From: Girardia tigrina
Taxonomy: Eukaryota
Reading direction: 5' to 3'
Assembly: GCA_001938485.1 (NCBI GenBank)
Contig: MQRK01182744.1
Span: 2,648 to 61,301 of the forward strand
Length of the DNA stretch: 58,654 nucleotides
Shown: positions 1-12,188 of the stretch, piece by piece
Numbering within the stretch: position 1 is the stretch's first letter
Layout: every line of letters starts with the position of its first letter
Notes under the pieces: generated by a model
The model's input: only the letters and a program-made list of their open reading frames with translations
Database searches by the model: none
What the model was told of the DNA's origin: nothing
Made by a program: the position numbers and the translations under genes

Positions 1-1742
1 TCATTCAGTGAAAATTTGAAGTTTCTATGTGGTCTAAATGCTGAGATATAGGCAAAAGTAAATGGCCCATTCTTGACAAGATGAAATACAGTGAAGGTAT
101 ATGAAAAGTGCTTAAAATAGTTTCAAATATTTTTCAAGTACTTGAAAATAAGACCAAGATATTATTTTTGGGTGATCTTATTTTCGAAGAAAGCCGGTAC
201 GCGGCCTCAAAGATACAGAAATTTTGGTCTCGTTCAGCTCATTGTTGAAAATAGGCGGAAGCATCAAAGTTCAAATATGACGCAAAATTCTAACCTTAAT
301 ATTTTTATTTTTTTATTAATTACTTTCGAAAATATTAAAAAATAGTAAAGTATAATTAAATTTTGCCTTTAAAAGTAAATTTTTACGAAATTTAAAAAAT
401 AATGACACATTTCCTGAAACAACGGGATCAAAAGAAGGATCAAAAAGAAGAAGGATCATACATCTTGAGAAAGATATCAAAAACGATTGTTTGAAATTGA
501 AGATAATTTTTTAGAATTTTAATTAAAATAAAAAAGAAGATAAACAAATTTAACAGTATTTTTGTTAATTAAAGTAAAAATAATACCTGTTTTTGATATG
601 CTTATTTTCTTTTGTATTCTCAAAGGGGTGAGGTACGTTTCAAAGAATGAACATCCTTTGTTGAGTAAATTTTGATATCATATTTGATAATAAAATTAGC
701 ATTTAATAATTAAAGTATTTAATTAACTATAATTAGCGTGAAATATTTATTCCTATAAGTTTAGAATTTTTCCTTCAAGTGGGTGGAGAATTTTGATAGA
801 AATTGATGGAATTTACTTTGATGGATTACCACATATTTATTGATTGTAGAAATTTTTTAAAAGTAATTAAAATTTCCAATAATTCAGATTTTATTTTTAA
901 TATTTTAATAATTAAACAAATTGACTTTACTTTTCATTCAAAAATATTTTATTTATAATTTACATTGAATTTAATAATACTTATTGAATTTTATTTTTCT
1001 GTTATTTTCTTCTCAAAAATATTTTTTTTATATTGCCGAGTTTTTATAGATTCATTTTTCTATAATTTTTTAAATTTTTTTCTTTATTGCGAATATTTAA
1101 TGATTAATAATATTTGTTCTTTATTTAATCTGCTTTTCTATTTATTGTATTTGCAGTAATTTTTCAATTTTTTAGAAGTTTATTTATAATAATTTATAAT
1201 ATAAATATTTATCATATTTTTAGTTCATTTTTACCATCTTTGCATTTTAAATGATTATATTTTATTAAATTATAATAAAAACTAATAGGAAACAAAAAAA
1301 TAGAATTCAAAATATTTAATTTTATAATTCCTGTTCACCATAATCGTTTATATTACACTCAAAAGATGAAAATGATTTTAATATTATTCTTAGTTTTCTT
1401 TCGAATAAAAGATTGTAATATATCTTTATAGATAATTAAAATATTATCATAAGATCAATAATCATATCAAGGTATTCTCGCATTTAATATTTTATAAATT
1501 ATTAGATTAGATTATTATAAATTAGCTAGATTATGTATTAAAATGTATTATTAATAAAATATTAAATAAGTATTTTCTACCACAACCTTTATCCAAAAAA
1601 TGAGAGGATTTTTTAGTTCAATGAATAAAAAGTCGGAGATAAAACTTTAAAATTTTGAGTAGTTTTACTAAATCATCTTTTAAAGAACATTTTCTAACTA
1701 TTATAATTAATTAAATATTTTATTTGAATAATTGCACGTTAC

Positions 1743-2795
1743 CTTGGCAAGTCGAGAGGTGCTGGGTTTATCTAAAATGTACCACAGTTTTTTTCGATAA
1801 CGACCTGTACAATCTAAACTGAAACTTTCAACGTTATCTTTATTTTCTAATGCGTGTGCTTCTTTTCGTATTTCCTCAAGCATCAATTCTTTTCTATGGT
1901 GATATTTGCTCAAACAACAAGAATAAATGAACACGTCATTAATTCGCCAGTACTGAAGATCTTCGGAAAAGGTCATCACGCACGTCAGGTCAGACATATG
2001 AAGCATTCCAGTTCGATAAAAGTCAAGGATGCATCCAAAAGAAGTGGAATTTCTATCAAAGTAAAATTCTGCGTTTTCTAAATTATATCCATCACAAAGT
2101 TCCATTAAATCATGATGACCTTCACATCGACTTAATTTACCCAACCTTGTGTTTGGTAAATAGTCCAATGTACGCCAAAGTGTCTGAAAGATCACTCCGC
2201 CGACGTTCAACGTAATCCGTCGGGATCGTGATCTGCACGACTGAATTTCTTCGACAGTCGGATAATTAGATTTATTGCCATAACTGTCGCGACGATTTTT
2301 CGTATCAGTAAGTAGAGAGGTTGTCGATGGTACATTTAATAAATGATAAGATTCGAAAGATTGACTGAGATTGTCACAATTTATGGGGATCTCATCAAAT
2401 GATGATATTTCGTTATCAGATTGAGGGAGGGAATCATGACGATCTGGAGTATTTGATGGAACTGGCAACAATTTCGACTGAGATTTCAAACACGAAAAAC
2501 AATTTATAAATTTATTATATTTGATTTCCGTTGGGATTTCAAATGGTTTTGGTAGGCAGGTAAAATTTTTATTATTAGAAAGAGATTTTTCTTTATTTTC
2601 AGTGAAAAGATTTTGATTTAATGATGATTGAGAAGATGAAACGACCAGTAAAGGGGGTCTGGATTCAAAATGAATGTTCTTTTGACGTTTCAATCGTGGT
2701 CGAGGAATGGACAACGTTTTCGATCTTTGTAAGATACTTCGGGAATTGTTTCTCAAACTCTTTGAAAAATATTTGTCATCGACAGATTTTGACAT
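1743..2795 (-). CDS. Shab: Kv2/Shab voltage-gated K+ channel, first coding exon (long N-terminus + T1/BTB domain); rest of gene lies left of the window
   Basis: ORF 1707..2810 contains RITLNVGG...WRTLDYLPNTRLGKL...EFYFDRNSTSFGCILDFYRTGMLHMSDLTCVMTFSEDLQYW...LWYILDKPSTSRLAK, typical of Kv2 T1. GT donor (AAG|GTAACG) at 1742-1741 directly after ...RLAK, the usual Kv2 exon-1 boundary. First ATG is at 2795; the listed ORF start at 2810 is TTG. Confidence 0.9.
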
Positions 2796-4479
2796 TAATT
2801 GACTTGACAAACAATTTATTAAATATAAAAATATATAAATTAAAGAAATTTTTTAAACACGAGATAATCAGGCAAAAGCACAAAAATATTATTCTTGTCA
2901 TTGGACAATTTGTATCGTATGCACAGCTTCTCTTTGGGCAAGGTGAAATTATTACTACTCAATGTGATTCCTTTTCCTACACGTATTCCTCTTAGACTTA
3001 CTCAAAACATACCAACACGATGCAGAATTCGTCTAAAATTCCATCTGCTTTCCCCATTTAGAGAGCGTATGTTTGTGTCATCGGTTTTCAGATATCTGTC
3101 CCAAGATTCCTTGATAATACACAGCAAGAGCGATACTATCATTTACAATATCTGTACAAAATTAAGTAGGAAAATAAACACATAAAATACTTAATTAAAA
3201 AGCATGTATCAAAATACAAATTTATTAATAATTCTCCGCAATAAATATTCTGAACCTAATGTATTTCGGAAGAAATGACGGAGAAAGAATTCGGTTTTAT
3301 TTAATTCTCTACATTTCTGTTGACAAGACTTTGCCTTGTTTGGTGGTTGTCTTGGCCCAGCACACTTCCTCCTCTTCCAGTTTCCCCTGATCTTAAAAGA
3401 GACAACCAAGAAAATGTCTGTCAGTTAATAAGTATTTATCTTTTCGGTTAATTTTTTAAATTTCTATTTTACGTTATTAAAGTAAAATCAGCAAATGATA
3501 ATTTCCACTTCCATCTTTAGCTAATTTTAATGATAAGGGGCAAAATTATCGCCATTACTATTTGAATAAATGTCTTTTTTATTATGCTAATTACTTTGAG
3601 AAGATTAACTAAATTCTTATTAATTATTATGATTCATTAAATTAATTTGATGATTCTGAGTTAATTAAAGTAAGAATTGATGTTTTATACTAGGTAATTT
3701 TATTTGAAACGTTTTTTTTAATAGTTTTAATTTTTTAAAAAAAAATAAAAGTGAACAAAATTTTATATAGAAGAGATAGAAATAAGACAACATGTTTCGA
3801 GATAATCCGACACTGTTTATCGGTAAAATATCGGTAAGTTTATTACATGCTGTGACCTGATAATAGGATTATTAAGCACAGTTGAGGTCCATCGGCAGTC
3901 AGACTTCAGGGGTCCCATGGCTCCGACGAGGTATCAGACCCATTTTGCAATTTACGAATTTAACCGTCAAGTACTTTCTTAGTGTCTATAACTAGTTAAA
4001 ATATTAACGTAAATATAGAGGTCTCTTGTAATCAGACACCGACACCGTGCGATTTTCATCAGCAGTGGCACTCCGGGTGTTTTTACCGGTAACGGCGTGC
4101 TTTTTTGACCGGCGTAGGCGACGTCGACAATTTTTCGACAAAAGATCAGCTCTCAGTCTCAAGATTCGTGGAACCCCTTGGCAGTTACCTCCTTTTGCCT
4201 AAAGGGTAATCCAGCACTGGATAAACCATTGGATAAAATGAATTTATTTCACAATTGGTAAAAGTTAAGTAAAAATACACTAAAAGAGATCAATTCCGTT
4301 CTTCCAAACCAATATGTTTTTACTTACTATTTATCATCATTCTAAATTGAGATTTCTTCTTATTTCTTTGTTTTCCAATGAAATTTATTCTTTGAATCTT
4401 TTAATTTGATCATTTAAGAACTTATAAAAATATTTCAAAATTAATCTGTTTATTTTTAAAACTTCAATTTTCTAAACAT

Positions 4480-4900
4480 TTTGCTAAAATATGTGTTTCC
4501 GTTGGTCATTCTGCACAGATAAATGAAACATACGATATCATGGAGAATATACACCATTCTTTACATTACCAGAACCATTTGTGGTTAAAATGTGGAGATT
4601 TAAAGGTGCTTTAAAATTATTTTACTATGAAGAACAAAAAGAAAAAACTTTTGTTGTTTTACAGGTAGTGGTACCTGTATCCTCGTTTCCCTACCGTGTT
4701 TCACAGTTGTGATAAAAAGCAGCATTATTTAAAACGTAACTAGTCTCTCAGACATTTCTTTACAGCAAGTTCCCATAAGGGGCTTTAAAACCCCTTCTTA
4801 ATCAAAAAATAATCCTTCCTTTACTATAAACATAAAAGATTATAAACGTGTAAGCAAGGACGTCCTTAACAGTTTCAGGAGACATGGAGAACCTGTATAG
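4480..4900 (+). mobile_element. Decayed DNA-transposase fragment, Chapaev3 (CMC)-like
   Basis: Reads PVGHSAQINETYDIMENIHHSLHYQNHLWLKCGDLKV, matching the PxGHS..ETY..Y..H.W..CGDLKV motif I associate with Chapaev3 transposases. Heavily frameshifted downstream. Confidence 0.5.
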
Positions 4901-5609
4901 TTAAAGCTTATTTTTTTCTCCCACCTAAATTATTTTTTGAAAATTAAAAAACTTCAGAATTCACTATTTAAAGACGGATTGAAAGAGAATCGTCTCACTG
5001 AGATCAGTGTCATCGTCATTGAGGTTTTAAAATCAATTTCAAAAGTACAAAATGAGAACATTGTCACCTTTAATTGTTAATATCTTCTTTATTTTTTTCC
5101 CAATAACGGCATAAAAAGAAAAAAAATTCTAATTTTTTCATGAATTTTCGAAACTTTAAAATATTAATAAATGATCATTTATAAATTGATATATGCATTA
5201 CTATAAAAGTATATGACGGGTGAGCTGAATTTTTATCTTTGAAAGTTTCTATTTTAATTTTCCTTCGTAATTATTATAATTTATTATTTAATGTTTGTAA
5301 TTCTGTGTTAATTTAACAGTCAGTCAATTAAGTCGGCTCCCAGAGCCTTTTGGCGACGGCGCTGCACAGACAGAACCGTCGGTTTGCGGGCTATCCAGAT
5401 TGATCCCGTTTTTACGCATATATATATATTTATTCAAATGCTGTACTTTAATTATAAATCTCTATCTTTATCGTATGAATTTAAAGAAATTTTTGTCAAA
5501 TTAACGTTGAAAGCTGTGAAAAGGGAACCCGATAATCTTTGTGAATTCGCTGTAAACTATTTTCGAACGCTATTGAAATTTAATTTGGTCGAAGTTCAAA
5601 GAAAGTCAT

Positions 5610-6069
5610 TGTAGTGCCGGCTGCCGACCCGAGTGGCGGCAACCAGCACCTCTTAACTGTGCGGTTGTCTCTGTCGGACATAATCGGTCGGTTCCCATGC
5701 CCAACGGTCGACACGCGGGCGTGCGTCTGCGTCGCAAACAGCCCACAGTGGCTCGCTGAAGTATGTTGGTATTGTCGGCGGCGTCGCATCGGTCGGTGGT
5801 CCACTCGATGCGTCCAAGTGGGCTGTCCGGATGCCGATTCGCTGAACAAAGGCGGCAGCTCTGGTCCGCTCGATTTCATTCGTTTACAATTTAAAAAATT
5901 GAGATAGAAAATCAGAAATCGGTTATTTTTATAAAGCATTTATTTTTTACCGACATAATTACAAAATTTAAATTTCCCTCGTTTTTTTAAAATTTTTTAT
6001 TTAATTTAATTTAATGAAACAAAACATTTAATTAAATTTTTGTTTTCCATCGACTATCGGATCACTACA
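5610..6069 (-). repeat. 3' LTR (460 bp)
   Basis: Direct repeat of 8369-8830; TG...CA ends. Confidence 0.92.
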
Positions 6070-6494
6070 GGAGCCCCCGCCGAAGAACGCGGAGCATGGT
6101 TGTTGTGAAATTGTGGAGGGTTGCTGGAAGTCGAGAGATGACTGGAAGGTGCGAGAATGACTATTCTTCGAAACGCGGTGTGTTGCAGTGTTGTGTTGTT
6201 CATGTTTGGTTTTGTTGGTGTGTCTCTTTGCGTGTGATGTGTTGTGTTGGGGAGGTGGTTCTGGCGGTATTGGTATGGGAACGTGATAAACTGCTGAAGT
6301 GGGCTCCAGATTTTGTTTCTTAAATGGTGTGTGGTTCTTTTCTGTGTTTAGTTGCTTGTTGCTGTTGTGTGACTGATTTTTAGGACCCTCAGTGTGCTCG
6401 GTGATGTTGCTTTTTGCAGTGCTGGTATTTTGGGTTGAATTCTCGCGTAGTTGACTTGCTGCACATTGTCGCTTGGTTTGTTATTGTTGTTTTG

Positions 6495-8096
6495 TTAAGT
6501 GTTGTTGTGATTGCCGGTGTGGTTACTTATGTTGTCATCTTGATTGTCGTAATTGTTGGTGTTATTGTTGTTTTGTTCGGTGTTGTTGTTATTGATGTGG
6601 TGTATATTGGAGTCATGTGTGTGCTGAGTGGTGTTGTTGTACGAGTCGAGGTTGTGGCGGTAGCTATTGTAGTTACGTTGTGTATGTGGGTTGTAAATAT
6701 GGTGAATGTCGTTGTTGTTGTAGGTGTTTAGAGTGTGGTGATTTTCATTGTTGTTATTATATGTGTTTAGTTTGTGGATGTAGTGAATGTTGTTGTTGCT
6801 CTGTATGTGTGTGGGGTCGCAGCGGCTTCTTTCACCTGCCTCACTTGCTGCGATTGTGAGGGGTCGTTTCAGTTTTTTTTCAGCTCCCGAACACCCGGGA
6901 GCGCACTCTTTGGTATTCGTACAAAACTGGGCATGCCAAATACATACGTCGGTCATTTGTGGTTCGGATCCGTCGCACTGGAACGTGCACCCTTGTTGGC
7001 ATTTCTTAGCTACTTTGCCGAATCGATGGTGAAAGTAGCACAGAACGATAGTAGCCTTCATGAATGAACCGGATAGCGGTGTTGGCGTCCCTCCAGGACA
7101 TCGGGCGACTAGCATCCGTGCAGTATGGCTCCACAATCCCCGGGTCACTGCATTGCTGAGCGGCTCGGTTTCGACTGGTGAGTAATCACGGTTGCGGCTG
7201 ATAGCGGTCAGACTGGCTTTCAGAGCTGCTATCGGTTCGGACAGTGTGGTTACCTCCGTGAAGTGTGCATGTTGCAGTGTTCTAGAGCTCGGTGTGCGGC
7301 TGCTATCGCTGATTGCCGATATGATCGGGTAGCAGTGGCCCTTGTCGTGCCCAACGGTTTCGGCCATTTTGTCCGCGATCCTGGCAAGCTCTACGAGTGG
7401 TAGATTGTCAGAGGTGGCCAGTATGGCCCATTATGTGTCCGGTAGAGCTTTGAGGAAGAGCTTCCGCAACAGTCGCTGATCTACATCATCATTGACCAGT
7501 GCCGGGTTGAGCGCATGCAGATCGGTTGTCATCTTGTTCAGGAACTGAGTGGGTTTCATGTCTCCCATTGGCTGAGTCCTGAAATATTGCTCGAAATGCG
7601 CATCGAAGGTCTACGAGTGTACCTTCATTAAGTGGTGGTACAACTGATCGTATTGTCGGTCATGTGCCATGATCACCAGAAGTTCTTTGTTTATTGCCCG
7701 CAGTTGATCGACCGGTAATGCGGCTGTGAGGTGTTGAAACCGCACATCTTGGCTCCTCCCAGTTTTCAGGCGGAACTCCATTAGTCCAAGCCAGGTTCGA
7801 TGTGATCCATCGTCATCAAGAAAAAACGGGGACGTCGGTAGCGCCAACGAGTGCACTGCAATTGACTCATGCAGCTGTGGTATACCGGTTTCAGAGAAAA
7901 ATTCAGGTCCTTCATCGCGATCACAACCGCCTAAAAATGCCACGTGGCAAGTGATTGTTATATCGGTCACGATCCCGCACTGCCTGAAAGAGAGGTGAAA
8001 ACGCAACGGTTTAAACCCATTATAAAGTGTGACTGGATGTCCCGACTGGCTGGTGAGGTGATTTATGAGGTGTTCGATTAAACAGTCGGGGGACAA
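6495..8096 (-). pseudogene. gag: Retrotransposon gag with two in-frame nonsense codons
   Basis: ORFs 7611..8096 and 6495..7367 share one frame, broken by TAG (7613-7611) and TAA (7433-7431). Motifs: LALPTSPFF...TWLGLME...LTAALP...YDQL, MGDMKPTQFL...LFLKALP...LARIADKM, CYFHHRFGKVAKKCQQGC and CIWHAQFCTNTKECAPGC. Confidence 0.85.
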
Positions 8097-8368
8097 TTGG
8101 AGTGTAGTGACAATGTCCCTTCAGTGTTTATTGTTATTGGAGTGTGTGCTAAAGTGATTGTTTTCAATGTGATTTCGATGTGAAGTGTGCTTATTTGATC
8201 GTTGAGTGCTGTGTGAGAGTAAATTTGTTTAATGTGAGGCGTGTGAGTGTTTGTTGCGGTGCATGCATGGTGATTGTAGCGTGTATATGTGTTGCAGGAA
8301 CTGCGTTTCAAAAAATGTTCAAAATCGCTTACCTGTGTTGGATCGGTTGATCGCACTACTGACACCAA

Positions 8369-8830
8369 TGTGGTACCGGCTGCCGAACTGAGTGGCGGCA
8401 ACCAGCACCTCTTAACTGTGCGGTTGTCTCTGTCGGACATAATCGGTGGGTTCCCATGCCCAACTGTTGATACGCGGACGTGTGTCTGCGTCGCAAACAG
8501 CCCACAGCGGCTTACTGAAGTGTGTTGGTATTGTTGGCGGCGTCGCATCGGTTGGTGTTCCACGCGATGCGTCCAAGTGGGTTTTCCGAATGCCGATTCG
8601 CTGAACAATGAGGTGGCAGCTCTGGTCCGCTCGATTTCATTCGTTTACAATTTAAAAAATTGAGATAGAAAATCAGAAATCGGTTATTTTTATAAAGCAT
8701 TTATTTTTTACCGACATAATTACAAAATTTATATTTCCCTCGTTTTTTTAAAATTTTTTATTTAATTTAATTTAATGAAACAAAACATTTAATTAAATTT
8801 TTGTTTTCCATCGATTATCGGATCACTATA
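8369..8830 (-). repeat. 5' LTR (462 bp)
   Basis: Direct repeat of 5610-6069; followed on the - strand by the PBS. Confidence 0.92.
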
Positions 8831-11029
8831 GTCATCATTGAACGCGAATCTCGAAACGTGGCTCGAAAGGAGCATGTTGAGCGCCGATAATGTGGACGAT
8901 GTGGAAATCGACCGCAGAGAATCCAGTCATGAATTGACGATATTGGCGGAGAGTTGGAGTCCGCATGATATCAATTTGCAGCATTCAAAAAACATTGTTC
9001 AGGCTTCCGAAAAATCTGAGAATGAAAGCTGAGAATGAAAAATGGCCCTCATTAGGGCCACAATTATTGATTATAAAAAATTAACTATTGGCCGGAAAAT
9101 CCGGCTGACGAAAATTAGACATAAAGACATGAAAAAATTGAAAGAACTTTTGATTCACCTTATTTTTTTAAATAAATGTCAGGTGGAAATGAAAGATACA
9201 TAAGACATTTTTAATTCGTCCGAAATAAAAATTTTTCAAAAGTGTTTTATAATCGTTATTATTAGTTTCACTACTTTTTATATTTTAACAAATTATTTTT
9301 AGCTACCAATTTTAATTATTTCCATTACAAGTCTTACTTTTACAAAAAGAAGCAAAAATGTCAATTAATGCTATTTTTTCTTTAAAATTTAAAAGCAATT
9401 CTAATTTTCAAAAGAGATTTATTTATTTTAATTTGTCTTTGACTTTTAGATGCAAAATTTGACATTTTTGGGAAATAAATCTCTCAGATCGAACAATAAC
9501 GTAAAATAATAAAATATTTTTTTCACTGGTTTCTGATTATAAGAAACATTTTAATTAAGATTTATGATTTTAATTAATTATAAAACAAATTAGGAATGTT
9601 TTTATTAAAATACTTTTTTATTAAAATAATGAAACAAGGACTGTCAAAACGTCTTATGATTTAATACCAAAATTATATGTCGAGAAATATTAACAAATCA
9701 TAATAGTTTAATCAGTAACATAAGTCCATCGGTTATCTATAACTAGTCTAAGATTGTTCTTTAATCTATGGAGGAGTTACTCAAATTTATCCCTTTTGAT
9801 CGATCGCATTATGAACTTGACATATTTAGAACTTTCTTTAGAAGAATAGAATCAAGTATTACCAATTACAAAATTTATGTAGCGGAAGAACCCTCGGGTT
9901 AAAAAATTAAAATGAGACGAGTAAGGACTCTGTCTGGCAAGATTTACACCATTAGCTGGGATCTTAATAACTTTGTGTATAATTTCTTTTTCATTTTATT
10001 TTAAATTGAACTATTATTTTCAGCATGATCAGCGCCTGCAGTTAACTATCGACAACAATCAAAGTTGAGATCAATTAAGAACGTTTTTAATCAAATAAAC
10101 AAAACAATCATATTTTGATTTCAGATTTACTATTATCAAAGTTCAAATCAATTAAATAAGTTTTTCAATCAATTTATTAAAATAATCAAATTTTTATTTC
10201 AGATTAACAAAAATCAAATTATAAAATAAATTACGTTTTATAATTAATTAATATAATATTTTTTAATAATCCTTTTATTTCATTTTATATGCCGAGAAGT
10301 TGTCCATCATCATAAGCTCCCGTATAATGAATGGGTAGGAATTAAGTATCACAACATTGTTCATCAAAAGCGGTCATATGTAGAAGTGCATTTTCGTGCT
10401 AAATATGCTAACACATTCAAAGGTGTGCAAGAAAAGAAATCATGTGTCAGCAAATGCTAAAATTCTTATGCAAGAAAAGAATATAGCCCTAGTATAAACT
10501 ATATAATAATTGCTTAAGCTTTACTTTTGACCAATCAAGTGTACCCTGCGTTTCGATTGTTTGCATGTACCCGCTTTTAAATTATTTAATTCTTTCTGCA
10601 ACCATTTTTATTGTTGCACCGGTAATCTTATAATGACAATGTTGTTAATAAAATTATTGTTTAGAATTTGAATTTTATTAATTGTAATTAAAAATAAACT
10701 AGTGCTTTTATAAACTTTATTTTCTGGGGCCCCTAATTCGACTTAAGGAAATTATTTGTAATTAAAACACATTTTTCTAACTTTTCATTTTTTCAATATG
10801 AAAAATATTTAAAATCAAAGCATTCAAGATATTCATCCTATTGGTTATTAGATTCATCTAGGTAGCTCCAGTAGTCATCCTAGCATTTGCTTGACTAAAT
10901 GTTACCGATTGTTACAAAGGTTTTTTTCATTTTCATTTCTTGAATAAGAATTGGTTCCTAGCAGATGCATTCAATTTAGGGTATTTTCATATCTTTCATG
11001 CTGCTGATGGTACTTGTGAATAAAAATAT

Positions 11030-11215
11030 GAATAATGGAATCACTATGAATGATTTTAAAACCAAGTATCCTTACTTTACATATGTTTTGGCACCTGATT
11101 TTGATGTTGATCAAATAAAAATGACACGAACGGGCAATTTAAAATTGGCTTTAAGATTCCACAAGGCATTAGATGTAACAATTTCAATGTATGCATATGG
11201 GTATTTGATAGAGAG
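11030..11215 (+). mobile_element. Polinton/Maverick major capsid protein C-terminal fragment
   Basis: NNGITMNDFKTKYPYFTYVLAPDFD...TGNLKLALRFHKALDVTISMYAYG resembles the Polinton MCP end (I...D/F...Y.LF.FDL.PD...GNLRL.L.F..AL...I..Y). Confidence 0.5.
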
Positions 11216-11699
11216 ATACAATTAATTGTATATAATTATAATTGTAATTTATAATTGTATATAATTATATAAACGATCATTGATCGTAAAAAACTATATA
11301 AAGATCGAAAATCATTCATTAAAAATAGTTGATAAAAAACAATAAAATCTGAAAAGGAGACGAGATAAATCACATTGTAACAGTGAAGATTAAAAGTAAT
11401 TAATAAAATTATAAAAACTTTCACAAGTTAATCGATAATTATTATTGAATTATTATTTTAAATACATATTGACTATATAACCACACTGTAAAGTGTGAGG
11501 CTTAAAAAATAATTTTTCTCTGAGTTGTCGCTAAAAGGCTCTCAGACGATAAATATAAAATCGGCCAGGGGCCAACTAAACACCACTTACATACTATTTC
11601 TCTTGTAATTAAATTGTAATATAGAAATATATCTTATCAGATAAAAATCTTGCGTTTTTTATTGTTCTTAATAAACACATAAACAACTCGACACTATAA

Positions 11700-12137
11700 T
11701 ATATGACATTGATATTATTGGAAACTGCTTGGTATTTCCAAAACAACAATTCATTTTTCAGCAAGATCTTGCACTACACCGTCCACTGTCGACATTTAAT
11801 TTCTTAAAAAAGAAGGAAGTCGACCTTTTACCACTACCAAGCAATTCACAGGACGCAAATTTTATCGAAAATGTATGGGGACTTTTAAAAAGGAAATTAC
11901 AGACGATAAGGTGCACATCGTCAGAACAGCTGTGAGTAGCTGTTCAAAAAATATGGTACGAACTATCAAAAGACTATTGTAAAAGTCTTGTTTAATCCAT
12001 GCCTAGGCGATTAAAAATGATAAAGGACATGAAAGGACATTCAACTAAGTATTGAAAGTTCCACATAATAAATGTTTTGTTAAAAATTGATCTTTTTCTC
12101 AAAAAATAAGTGGGGTGAACAGACTTATGAATCATAC

Positions 12138-12139
<2 letters not shown>
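11700..12139 (+). mobile_element. Tc1-family transposon 3' half (DDE remnant + right TIR)
   Basis: FIFQQDLALH...LPLPSNSQDANFIENVWGLLK (FQQDNA...WPxxSPDLNPIENVW motif); ends ...CATACTG|TA. Confidence 0.85.

Positions 12140-12188
<49 letters not shown>

Larger units (their letters stand above)
5610..8830 (-). mobile_element. Non-autonomous gag-only Ty3/gypsy LTR retrotransposon (CsRn1-type Gag)
   Basis: LTRs at 5610-6069 and 8369-8830 (TGTAGTG...CACTACA termini). 5-bp TSD GTCAT at 5605-5609 and 8831-8835. PBS TGGTGTCAGTAGTGCGAT (-, 8367-8350) and PPT-like GGCGGGGGCTCC (-, about 6081-6070). Gag reading frame with CHCC knuckles; no RT, RNase H or integrase. Confidence 0.92.
5438..9032 (+). pseudogene. 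PKA regulatory subunit type II (RIIa D/D-domain)-like ORF interrupted by an LTR element
   Basis: 5438-5609 encodes ...EFKEIFVKLTLKAVKREPDNLCEFAVNYFRTL (RIIa docking/dimerisation-like). Joining 5609 to 8836 (removing the element and one TSD) stays in frame: QRKSSLNANLETW...DRRESSHELTILAESWSP...SEKSENES*, 122 aa in total. No cNMP-binding domains seen. Confidence 0.65.

Noticed and set aside
5580-5939. Open frames on both strands within the LTRs (also 8078-8700)
   Set aside because: GC-rich LTR sequence. About half of the LTR differences change amino acids and an indel shifts the frame, so there is no convincing sign of coding constraint.
6096-7067. Val/Cys-rich + strand ORFs that look like membrane proteins
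   Set aside because: They are antisense shadows of the A/C-rich tract and gag on the - strand.
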